Assembly: GCF_000018105.1 (NCBI RefSeq) | Contig: NC_009925.1 | Coordinates: forward strand, 2,430,001-2,462,000 | Length of the DNA stretch: 32,000 nucleotides | Origin: Acaryochloris marina MBIC11017 | GTDB taxonomy: Bacteria > Cyanobacteriota > Cyanobacteriia > Thermosynechococcales > Thermosynechococcaceae | Direction of reading: 5' to 3' | In this document: piece after piece, positions 1 through 9,436 of the stretch | Numbering within the stretch: the stretch's first letter is position 1 | Layout of the letters: each line of letters starts with the position of its first letter | Program-made: the position numbers and the translations under genes | The notes under the pieces: model-generated | The model's database searches: none | What the model was told of the DNA's origin: nothing | What the model saw: only the letters and a program-made list of their open reading frames with translations

Positions 1-156
1 TAATATACCCTTCTCTCTTCTAAGATAAGAGCAAAAAACCTCATAAATACAAGAGAAATTCAGGAGTTATAAGCTATTGATCGCCTGATTATTCTTCAGT
101 TAATATCTCGTAAATTTTGATGCAAAATATCCAATAATTCAACTAACTAAAATACC

Positions 157-1479
157 ATGAATGACAAAGAAAGATGCTTAAATAGCCAAAGCAATGATTT
201 GCTATTGAGCTATCAAGAAAGTATAGAAATAATAGAAAATGAAGATAAAAAATTATCAGCCTCAGAAATTATAAATACCTTCAAAATTCGTGACATTATC
301 CAGACTATTATCAATAGCAAAAAAGATGACTATTATGAGATATCACCAATCCTTTTAAAGTTAGATGCAAGACTAGAAAAACAATCTGACAAAATTACAC
401 AAGCTATTAATATTGAAAAGCTATGTAGAAGTTTTCATCCTAATAAAGATTTTTGGTGGTGGCACCTAAAACCAACTATTCCAGTTCATTGGTACGATAA
501 ATATGATCGATTATTTAATATATTTTCTATTATTATTTTGGCTGCGTCTTTATGTATTTTATTCGACATCTCTTCCAGGGTTATCAGTCCTGATCCTGAC
601 TTGCTAAGTTCATTATTCCTTGCAGTTCAAGGTGCACTGACAACCTTATTCGCAGCAGTCATTATTACTCATGAAGGGCAGGAACTAGTTACAAGAATAT
701 TCAGTTTCATGAAAATCTCTCCTCATTTTAGGCAAGAAGTGCAACTAGGTGCAGCAGTTTTTTGTTTGATCCTCTTAATTATCTTTCGTACCTTTTTACC
801 TAACATCTCCAATCATTTTTACAATAAAGGTCTGAATTTTACTGATACAGGTAGTATTAGTAGTGCTATGGCTTCATACCACCGTGCTCTTTCAATCGAT
901 CCAGAGAATGATTTAGCTAGATTTAATATTGCTGTCATATATGAAAAGCTAAGCGAATACAAAAAAGCTGAAGAAAACTTCAAGATTGCAAGTTTAAAAC
1001 TAAAAATAGAAGCCTCAGATGAATCACCTTTAAAACCCATTGAGAAACTACAGTTAGAAGCTATAAATAGATTATCACGGTTATATATAATAAGAGAAAA
1101 TTACTCAGAAGCTGTCAAGCGACTAGACAAAATAAAAGCAATAATAGATCAAAAAGCTGGAGAAAAAATAGATCCAGAACTAGGATATGCAACAATTAAG
1201 AACTTAGGCTGGGCTAGATATGAGCAATCACGATATAATGAGGCTATTCCATTATTAGAACAAGCCATCGGCTTTCCTATTAAAGATGAAAAAAAGGCTT
1301 CTGCATTCTGTCTATTAGCACAATCACTTAAAAAAGCTAAACATGCTGATTACGCAGTATACCAAAACTATGAAAAGTGCATTCAGTATGCAGACTCAGA
1401 AATCCCAGAAGAAGACGAATGGATTCCTCAAGCTAGAAATTTCATCTCTAACTCCTATCAAGAATTAAAGTCTCAATGA
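157..1479 (+). CDS. Membrane-anchored TPR-repeat protein, function unknown
   Basis: 440-codon ORF. Central hydrophobic segments (IFSIIILAASLCILF, LFLAVQGALTTLFAAVIIT, LGAAVFCLILLIIF) are followed by TPR-like repeats (AMASYHRALSIDPENDLARFNIAVIYEKLSEYKKAEENF; NLGWARYEQSRYNEAIPLLEQAI). It lies in a markedly AT-rich, HIP1-free segment. Confidence 0.6.
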   Translation: MNDKERCLNSQSNDLLLSYQESIEIIENEDKKLSASEIINTFKIRDIIQTIINSKKDDYYEISPILLKLDARLEKQSDKITQAINIEKLCRSFHPNKDFWWWHLKPTIPVHWYDKYDRLFNIFSIIILAASLCILFDISSRVISPDPDLLSSLFLAVQGALTTLFAAVIITHEGQELVTRIFSFMKISPHFRQEVQLGAAVFCLILLIIFRTFLPNISNHFYNKGLNFTDTGSISSAMASYHRALSIDPENDLARFNIAVIYEKLSEYKKAEENFKIASLKLKIEASDESPLKPIEKLQLEAINRLSRLYIIRENYSEAVKRLDKIKAIIDQKAGEKIDPELGYATIKNLGWARYEQSRYNEAIPLLEQAIGFPIKDEKKASAFCLLAQSLKKAKHADYAVYQNYEKCIQYADSEIPEEDEWIPQARNFISNSYQELKSQ

Positions 1480-1743
1480 TGTAGACCTCTGAAAATCAGT
1501 ATTATGGCAACTTGAATGACGCCAATTTATTCAACTAACAATAACTTGTCTAATAACCCCTGACATCTTTGCCGATAGAAATCAATCATTTTTATCTAGT
1601 TAATTTTCTTTGCACATAACGTTTTTTAGAAAAATTTTTCATAATTGGCAACATTATTCATGTGTTTAACGTCACAGTATTTCTTGAGTGCTAGTACCTT
1701 TTTGAGTTCTAATTCCTACATAAAGATGTGAGTGAGATTATTT

Positions 1744-2106
1744 ATGATTTGTAGACAATTGTGCAAGCACAACTATATATTTATCTCTTTGCCTTTTATC
1801 CTGAATGTTTTCACTGCCTTTACAGCATTTGCCCAAGAACTACCATATGCAGTTCTTGAAGATGTTAGTGGTGACGTTAAAGTTATGCGAAGACAAGAGA
1901 ATAGAAGATTTCAGCCCATTTATCAAGGTGAAAAGCTTCACTCAGGAGATTTATTGAAGCTAAATTTCGATGCACGTGCTCGGGTGAGATGTCCAGATAG
2001 AACTTCATGGCATGTTCCAGTAGGGACTATCTCTGGAGTTAATAATGGATGTAGTTTTTCCAAAAAGAGAAGCAATATTAATATTCATTTTTTGATGAGT
2101 TATTAA
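1744..2106 (+). CDS. Small secreted protein. It resembles the Cys-containing N-terminal module seen in cyanobacterial FecR-like/CHAT-TPR proteins and may be a truncated remnant.
   Basis: The track ORF starts at GTG 1732, and I prefer the in-frame ATG at 1744. There is a signal-peptide-like N-terminus (ISLPFILNVFTAFTAFA|QE). The mature part, GDVKVMRRQENRRFQPIYQGEKLHSGDLLKLNFDARARVRCPDRTSWHVPVGTISGVNNGC, matches a pattern I recall from FecR-like modules. The C-terminus is abrupt and low-complexity. The region is AT-rich. Confidence 0.4.
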   Translation: MICRQLCKHNYIFISLPFILNVFTAFTAFAQELPYAVLEDVSGDVKVMRRQENRRFQPIYQGEKLHSGDLLKLNFDARARVRCPDRTSWHVPVGTISGVNNGCSFSKKRSNINIHFLMSY

Positions 2107-2281
2107 ATCAAATATTTAATTTAAAGTAGCAATCTTAGCTGAGGCTTGAGAAATCGGCATGTTTTGAGAAACATTTTACACTCTGGTTTCAAAGATCACA
2201 GTCATTCAAGCTTTCCAGACTATTTTTCAAGATCTCAAAAATGTGCAAGAAATTCTCTACATCACTTCTAGAGTCAACTAT

Positions 2282-2345
2282 TAATAATTCACCAATAATT
2301 CACCACTTGGTTTTAATAATTCACTAATAATTCACCACTCGGTTA
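2282..2345. repeat. 32-bp tandem direct repeat, two units, overlapping the 3' end of the Cry-DASH gene
   Basis: Unit A is 2282-2313 (taataattcaccaataattcaccacttggttt). Unit B is 2314-2345 (taataattcactaataattcaccactcggtta). They match at 29 of 32 positions. The core TAATTCAC occurs 4 times, at 2285, 2296, 2317 and 2328. Confidence 0.9.
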
Positions 2346-3778
2346 TAGATCTGCTCATTTACCTTAGCTGACTGCCACAAATCTACCATTGGTTCTGGAT
2401 AATCCTTGCCAATCGTCAAGCCAAACATCTCTTGCTCCAATGCTGTTAACTGCCAAGGCGTCTGCACCTGTCCCCCTGGTACATCCTTCAACTCCGGTAA
2501 CCAATGGCGCACATAATCCCCTTGCGGGTCATAATCCTTTGCCTGTTTAACAATATTGAAAAACCGAAATCCTCGGGCATCATTTCCCACTCCCGCCGCA
2601 TAATTCCAATTGCCCCAATTGCTGCACACATCGTAATCAATCAGGCAAGATTCAAACCATTCTGCCCCCATTTGCCAATTCAGACCCAAATTCTTGGTTA
2701 AAAAGCTGGCCACATTCTGCCGTCCCCGATTCGACATAAACCCCGTCGCCGCCAACTCCCGCATATTGGCATCAATTAGCGGAAATCCCGTCTGGCCCGT
2801 TTGCCATTTCTCAAAGGTTTCGCGGTTGTCCTGCCAGGGCAATGCCAGCCCCTGCAACCCCGATACCCGAAAGACTCGCTTGCCATGCTTGGCACAAATA
2901 AACCGGAAATAATCGCGCCAAATCAGCTCAAAAATCAGCCAGTACGTGGAGTTATTTTTAACCCGGTCTTGCTCATAGGTCTTGACCTGCTGGTGAATAT
3001 ATCGCGGCGATACACAGCCCAAAGCCAACCACGGCGAAAACTTCGTGGAATCATTCGGCTGCAGCATGCCGTTACGAGTTTCCTTATAGCGCTTGAGGCG
3101 ATCCTGCTCCCAGATATAGTCCTGCAATCGGGCCAGTGCTGCCGTTTCTCCCCCGGAGAATTGAATCATCGCTCTGGCGTCAGGCTCAGGAGACGATAAT
3201 CCCCAGTCCTCCAGTTGAGGCAGCTCACCTGGAGCAATATCGGGTAGCGTCGATAAAGACTGGGGGGTGGGGAAGGGGGCTTTGGGCTTGGCAGATTTCT
3301 CCACCTGCTTGCGAAACTGGGTGAATACTTCTGGCAGCTCTCGGATGGGAAAAGGCAGCTGCTCTGGGTGAAAGAGCGTACTGCTCCAAAAACGTAGGCA
3401 CTCAATCCCTAGATCGGCTAAAGCAGAACGCAAACGATTCTCGACCTCAATTTCCTCAGCCGTAACTTCCCGGTTGAAATACACCGTCTCCACCTTCAAG
3501 GCTTGGGCCAACTCAGGCAGAACCGTTTCGGGATGACCCTGGCGCAGGATCAGATCACTCTGCTTGCCTCGCAAGGATTGACGCAAATCTGCCACACTCT
3601 CCAATAAAAACTGGGCTCTAAACGGTCCCGTTTTGGGAAAGCCAAAGGGGGTTTGGCCGAACTGACGGGGGTCAAAGCAGTAGCAAGGAATCACATCGGC
3701 ATTGGAACGCACCGCTTGATGGAGCGGCGCATGATCATGGAGCCGCAAGTCATTGCGAAACCAAATGAGGACTCGCAC
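2324..3778 (-). CDS. Cryptochrome DASH (photolyase/cryptochrome family flavoprotein)
   Basis: N-terminus is VLIWFRNDLRLHDHAPLHQA. The FAD-binding region reads TGFPLIDANMRELAATGFMSNRGRQNVASFL and IDYDVCSNWGNWNYAAGVGNDARGFRFFNIVKQAKDYDP. The DYDVCSNWGNW motif is typical of DASH-type proteins rather than class I CPD photolyases. The start codon is GTG (plus-strand cac at 3776-3778), 2 nt after the tolC-like stop. Confidence 0.9.
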   Translation of the reverse strand: MRVLIWFRNDLRLHDHAPLHQAVRSNADVIPCYCFDPRQFGQTPFGFPKTGPFRAQFLLESVADLRQSLRGKQSDLILRQGHPETVLPELAQALKVETVYFNREVTAEEIEVENRLRSALADLGIECLRFWSSTLFHPEQLPFPIRELPEVFTQFRKQVEKSAKPKAPFPTPQSLSTLPDIAPGELPQLEDWGLSSPEPDARAMIQFSGGETAALARLQDYIWEQDRLKRYKETRNGMLQPNDSTKFSPWLALGCVSPRYIHQQVKTYEQDRVKNNSTYWLIFELIWRDYFRFICAKHGKRVFRVSGLQGLALPWQDNRETFEKWQTGQTGFPLIDANMRELAATGFMSNRGRQNVASFLTKNLGLNWQMGAEWFESCLIDYDVCSNWGNWNYAAGVGNDARGFRFFNIVKQAKDYDPQGDYVRHWLPELKDVPGGQVQTPWQLTALEQEMFGLTIGKDYPEPMVDLWQSAKVNEQIYNRVVNY

Positions 3779-3780
3779 CC

Positions 3781-5475
3781 TTATCCCCCTAGAGGCGTTA
3801 CACCACTAACGGGTTGAGCAAAGCTCGTGGCCCGCTGGAGGGCGATTAAAGCTCGGTTATAGTTGAGAATGGCCGACACCAAGTTCCCTTTGGCTTGAGT
3901 CAGTGAGTTTTCTGCACTGGTCACATCTAACTGGGTGCCAATCCCGGCACTGGATCGCAACCGTGCCAGGGCCAAGCTTTCTTCAGCGAGCTGGACACTG
4001 CTTTGGGCCGTATTGATATTGCGTAAATTCGATTGCAGATCGGCATAGGCTTGCTCCACCTCAAACCGCAGATCATTTTTGGTATCGGCAAATTGGGTTT
4101 CTGCGATCGCAATATTCTCTTCCTGCTGCGCCGCCCTAGACTTAGCCGCTCCGCCATCAAAAAAGTTGATGGAAACTTGCAGCCCAACCGCATAGCCAAA
4201 CGCACCCGAAACATTATCATCCAGCTCATCCACCACTTCCGCACTAGCAAAAGCCTGAAGCTGGGGTTTATTGGCCGCCAGGGCGACACGGCGCTGCTGT
4301 TGAGCCAACCGACGTTGACTAAGAAGCTGCGCCAGCTCCACCCGATTTTGAAGGGCCAACACAATACTGTCTTCCAAGTTCAACAGCCAGCCGCCCGCAA
4401 TATTCACCTGATCTGCCGCCGATAGGTTGACCGTTTCTTTGACATTGAGGCGCTGGGCCAGTTGGCGTTGGGCAATTTTCTGGAGGTTATCGGCCTGGGT
4501 GGCATTTTGGATCGTATCCGCTAGCTGAACTTCCGCCTGCAACACATCAAACTTGGTGCCAATCCCAGCCTGCTCCCTTACCCTGGCCACCTCTAAGCTG
4601 GCCTCTGCATTGCGAACGGCATCTTTCGAAACGGTAATCAGAGCTGAGGACTGTTGCAAATTGTAGTAGTCATTCGCCACATCTAACCGCAATTGCTCAA
4701 GCTGTCGCTTTAGCTCTAACTCAGAAATTTTGACCTGGGCCTTCGCAGCCTCAATTTGCCCTGACCGGAACCCTGACGTGTAGATATTGTAGGTAGCCGA
4801 GACCGTCCCTTGAATACGATTCGAAATCCCCCCAGTATTACCTTGGCTAATCGGTACCGCTGCAATGGGCTGCAAAGGGGTTACATTCGTAATCGCAAAG
4901 GGGGTTGCACTGGTATTGGCCCGCAATTGCAGCTGCTGAATTTGCTGATCAAAAATTTGTTGTTGACTCTGGTTTTGATCCTGCTGTAACCGCAACTGCA
5001 GTTGCTGAATATCGATAGACAGTTCTTGCTGGGATTGAAACTGTTGCGTTTGCAAACTGAGCAACGTTCGCTGCTGGGCTTGGAGTTGTGCCGCTGCATC
5101 CACCTGAATCGGCGTTTGGTTGAGGAGAAAATTAGCGGAATCCGTCCGGGTCAAAGCTGACTGCACACTCAGAGTGGGCCAGTTAGCTGCTTTCGCCTGG
5201 GATAAAAAACTCTGGTTTTGCTGCAGCTGCAGCTCCGTAACTTGTAGGGTCAGATTATTGCGCAGGGCCAGCTCATAGGCTTGCTGGAGTGTGAGGGGCT
5301 GATCGAGTTTAATCTCAACATCTGAGGCTTGCGTGGGCACACTCAACAAGGAGGAATCTCGGTTCAGCTTAGACTCTGGCACAGTTGCCTCAGGGGCCTG
5401 CCCTAAAGACGGCTGTATCCCAAGGCCAATCAGGGCTATTCCTAAACCCGCCGCCAGATAAAGTCGGATCACCAT
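3781..5475 (-). CDS. tolC: TolC-family outer-membrane efflux channel
   Basis: Signal peptide is MVIRLYLAAGLGIALIGLGIQPSLGQA. There are two tandem TolC-like repeats with typical motifs (LTLQQAYELALRNNLTLQ; LEDSIVLALQNRVELAQ; AGIGTKFDVLQAEVQLADT; AGIGTQLDVTSAENSLTQAKGNLVSAILNYNRALIALQRA). It contains a Gln-rich insert at about aa 127-186. Confidence 0.85.
   Translation of the reverse strand: MVIRLYLAAGLGIALIGLGIQPSLGQAPEATVPESKLNRDSSLLSVPTQASDVEIKLDQPLTLQQAYELALRNNLTLQVTELQLQQNQSFLSQAKAANWPTLSVQSALTRTDSANFLLNQTPIQVDAAAQLQAQQRTLLSLQTQQFQSQQELSIDIQQLQLRLQQDQNQSQQQIFDQQIQQLQLRANTSATPFAITNVTPLQPIAAVPISQGNTGGISNRIQGTVSATYNIYTSGFRSGQIEAAKAQVKISELELKRQLEQLRLDVANDYYNLQQSSALITVSKDAVRNAEASLEVARVREQAGIGTKFDVLQAEVQLADTIQNATQADNLQKIAQRQLAQRLNVKETVNLSAADQVNIAGGWLLNLEDSIVLALQNRVELAQLLSQRRLAQQQRRVALAANKPQLQAFASAEVVDELDDNVSGAFGYAVGLQVSINFFDGGAAKSRAAQQEENIAIAETQFADTKNDLRFEVEQAYADLQSNLRNINTAQSSVQLAEESLALARLRSSAGIGTQLDVTSAENSLTQAKGNLVSAILNYNRALIALQRATSFAQPVSGVTPLGG
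4103..4110. repeat. HIP1 octamer GCGATCGC (representative copy of a dispersed, highly over-represented palindrome)
   Basis: Perfect copies seen starting at 4103, 5871, 8885, 9043, 10881, 12747, 17477, 18657, 19516, 22218, 25016, 25307, 27658, 27982 and 31756. About 0.5 would be expected by chance in 32 kb. This over-representation is a hallmark of many cyanobacterial genomes. Confidence 0.9.
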
Positions 5476-5624
5476 ATTGTTGGACCTATCAATTCTTTGC
5501 TCATACGCTATGGGGATCGGCCTAATTCCACCTTAAAACCACTTAGAGTCGCAAATCTCAGTGTAAACCATTGTCTGTGATCGCCTCTGTTACATAAAGA
5601 TGGCATACAGAGATTAGCAGGGTT

Positions 5625-6992
<1,368 letters not shown>

Positions 6993-7096
6993 TTACGGAA
7001 ACTATTTTTTCTCTGAGAATCAATATTTGTAAGGTGCTCAGTCATTGATACCCCATCAGATATTCGAGCCCTCCTGAACCAGGCACGATGCCTGCG

Positions 7097-7135
7097 AAAA
7101 AATGGCTCAGCCTTTCCTAAGGGCTGAGCCATTTT
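7097..7135 (-). terminator. Rho-independent terminator downstream of the SLH-protein gene
   Basis: Perfect stem of 12 bp or more: aatggctcagcc (7101-7112) pairs with ggctgagccatt (7122-7133) around a 9-nt loop. On the minus strand it is followed by a run of six T (plus-strand A run 7097-7102). It sits 86 nt after the stop at 7221. Confidence 0.8.
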
Positions 7136-7220
7136 GATGTCTTTCCCTTGGATACAGGACGCTACGACGGCGGCATAGCCCTATCGGTAGAGACGGCATC
7201 CAGGATCATGAATGAGAGTC

Positions 7221-8570
7221 CTAGGGCTTAGGAACAGATGGCATCGGTACCGTTGGAGCGATATTAGACTCCGAAGGAGGCGCTGTTGGTGCATCCGGCA
7301 CGGCAGGAGTGGTCGGTACTGATGGCTGGGGAACAGACGGTAACGGCACGGTTGGTGCAACAGAAGGATCCGATGGTGCTCCAGCCGGAGCAGGCGATGC
7401 ACCAGTTGATGCATCTGCTTTCACACAGTTGAGGGTACGCAAGGTGGCTGCTGCCGCATAATTACGCTGAGCCGATTGATTGGGCGTAAAGGCCAAACCC
7501 TTTTCATTCAAGGGAGAGGCCACACCACAATAGCTGGACATTTCGGTAATCACAGCAGATGCCCAGTGACCACTGGTATCGGTGAAATTGAGAGCCGGTT
7601 GCTTCTCAGCCAGTTGAGTCTCCAGTCCTCCCAAAGATTTGGCATACAGGGCCGCTTTCTTAAGCACTGCCATCATTTCTGCTCGAGTGACTTTACGAGT
7701 GGGCTGGAAGGTTCCATCCGGATAGCCTTTAACAATATCGTTTTGCTGGGCAAAGGCAATTTTAGCTGCACTCCAACGACTGGCCGCCACATCTGGGTAG
7801 GGATTACCGCTGGCTTGGCTGGGAACCGTAAAGTTCACACCAGGGATATTCTTCAGAGACTCCAGAATCATGGAAACCAATTGCTCACGGGTCAAAGACT
7901 CTAACGGACGGAAGGTATTATCTTCAAACCCAGCAATAAATTTGAGGGCAACCGCCTGGCTGATGTCTTTGAGGTAAATGTCATTTTCAACATCTGGGAA
8001 CGGTACCGCGCTAATCCCTTTAGAGAGATAAACATGACCTAACGTTTTCTTCTTAAAGCTTCGTTTCGTGAGTCGCCATTCAGGATCGAGAATAATTTTG
8101 GCAAATCCAGGCGTTTTACCATTAGTGCGACCCAATTCAATATCCTGATCTCCCCCTGCCTTGGAGTCAGGAATCCCCATCAAAACCATATCTGTATCCG
8201 TTTTCCGAATTTGGACGAGATAACGTCCGCCCAAATCTTCACCGTCCACGCGAATTGAGTAGCCATTTTGATCCACACTGCGGCCACACAAACCGGTGAA
8301 GTCAAAGTTCAGTAAGAGGGGGTCGATGATAACCGGATTGCTGCCACTTTCACTCCAGCATTCTTTTTCAGAGGAAATTTGTTCCAGGATCAAGAGTTGG
8401 TGAATATTGCCATTGCCGATCGGGGCTGCTACCAACACAAACTTAGACTGATCGATTTCTCTCTCACTAAAGGTAGCGGCTCGGGCTTCTGGAACTGTGG
8501 CCCCTACTGCAAACGTGGCAGAGGCCGCAAAAGCGAGTAATTGAACAATGGGGCGTAATGATAATTTCAT
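7221..8570 (-). CDS. Secreted DUF3747-like / S-layer-homology (SLH) domain envelope protein with a Pro-rich tail
   Basis: I prefer the start at Met 23 of the track ORF (cat at 8568-8570), which gives the signal peptide MKLSLRPIVQLLAFAASATFAVGATVPEARA. SLH-type repeats are present (FPDVENDIYLKDISQAVALKFIAGFEDNTFRP; YPDVAASRWSAAKIAFAQQNDIVKGYPDGTFQP; FTDTSGHWASAVITEM). The C-terminus is proline-rich. Confidence 0.85.
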   Translation of the reverse strand: MKLSLRPIVQLLAFAASATFAVGATVPEARAATFSEREIDQSKFVLVAAPIGNGNIHQLLILEQISSEKECWSESGSNPVIIDPLLLNFDFTGLCGRSVDQNGYSIRVDGEDLGGRYLVQIRKTDTDMVLMGIPDSKAGGDQDIELGRTNGKTPGFAKIILDPEWRLTKRSFKKKTLGHVYLSKGISAVPFPDVENDIYLKDISQAVALKFIAGFEDNTFRPLESLTREQLVSMILESLKNIPGVNFTVPSQASGNPYPDVAASRWSAAKIAFAQQNDIVKGYPDGTFQPTRKVTRAEMMAVLKKAALYAKSLGGLETQLAEKQPALNFTDTSGHWASAVITEMSSYCGVASPLNEKGLAFTPNQSAQRNYAAAATLRTLNCVKADASTGASPAPAGAPSDPSVAPTVPLPSVPQPSVPTTPAVPDAPTAPPSESNIAPTVPMPSVPKP

Positions 8571-8725
8571 GGGTTTGGCTCTACAACGTGATGGTGAATT
8601 ATGTTGAGCGATATGGATCAGCCCTTGTGACGACAAGCATCATCTGGCTTGTTCCAGGGGTTCGTTTTAAGTCGAGAGTGTATCACGCCAAACCGTTTAT
8701 TTTTCTTTATCCTCCCAAAATATAA

Positions 8726-9436
8726 CTAATTTTTAAGCCCTGATTTTGGTAGTGAAGGTGGCCTATACCAACGCCACAAACGATGAGGACTCACCCCCAA
8801 GGTATACAGCCCCAACAACGCCCAATTCCGCAAGGTACAGCGGAGAATGCCTTCCTGTTCCCAACGCCGAGGCGAGACCAAAACGCGATCGCACACAAAC
8901 TGAATCGGAATCCCCTGTTGTTTCAGCCGCTGCATCAGCGCCACATCCTCCATAATCGGAATATTAGGGAAGCCGCCCACTTGATTAAACGTAGTCCGAT
9001 TCACAAAAATCGCCTGGTCTCCGTAAGGGATACGCGTCAGGCGCGATCGCACCGAGGCGACGCGGCTAATCCACTTCAGGCCCGCTCTAGGACTATCGAT
9101 TCCCAAGTCAAAGGCCCCAGCAGCAGCTTGCGCCATCGTCAGCTTGATTTGAGCCAGTGCCGTTGATGGTAGTCGGGTATCCGCATGTAAAAACAGTAGG
9201 GTGGGCGCTTGGGCCAGTTTAGCCCCGGCATTCATCTGGGATCCGCGTCCTGCCGGAGCAGTGATTCCTTGGATGTCAGGGGGGAGATATTTCAGGGTTG
9301 AACCTTCTGGATCACCGTCCACCACAAGGACTTCATAAACTATATCCCCGGCAATGGCCTGAAGATGGTCAACCAAGCGCAAAATATTCGCCCCTTCATA
9401 CAGCACAGGAATAACAATGGAAAGTTCAGGGTGCAT
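8726..9436 (-). CDS. Family-2 glycosyltransferase of the TIGR04283 type. As I recall, NCBI family naming lists it as arsenosugar-biosynthesis / rSAM-selenodomain-associated transferase 2.
   Basis: LSIVIPVLYEGANILRLVDHL is a GT2 N-terminal motif, and LFLHADTRLP is a DxD-like region. It is paired with a DUF2064-type gene immediately upstream. The start is probably Met 7 of the track ORF (cat 9434-9436), overlapping the upstream stop by 11 nt. Confidence 0.7.
   Translation of the reverse strand: MHPELSIVIPVLYEGANILRLVDHLQAIAGDIVYEVLVVDGDPEGSTLKYLPPDIQGITAPAGRGSQMNAGAKLAQAPTLLFLHADTRLPSTALAQIKLTMAQAAAGAFDLGIDSPRAGLKWISRVASVRSRLTRIPYGDQAIFVNRTTFNQVGGFPNIPIMEDVALMQRLKQQGIPIQFVCDRVLVSPRRWEQEGILRCTLRNWALLGLYTLGVSPHRLWRWYRPPSLPKSGLKN

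Noticed and set aside
3927-4364. 145-aa minus-strand ORF (and the plus-strand ORF 4033-4425) lying within the tolC-like coding region in alternative frames
   Set aside because: It lies entirely inside a well-supported TolC-family CDS and its sequence is low-complexity and Arg/Ser/Trp-rich, typical of off-frame ORFs. The same reasoning applies to 2504-3405 (several ORFs inside Cry-DASH), 6233-6884, 7476-7904, 8746-9166, 11297-12637, 13082-13984, 16149-17081, 20400-22275, 26760-27203, 27273-27738 and 30529-31038.
8571-8636. 22-codon N-terminal extension of the SLH-protein ORF in the track
   Set aside because: The internal Met at 8570 gives a canonical signal peptide (MKLSLRPIVQLLAFAASATFAVGA). 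The extension (MSSQGLIHIAQHNSPSRCRAKP) looks non-coding.
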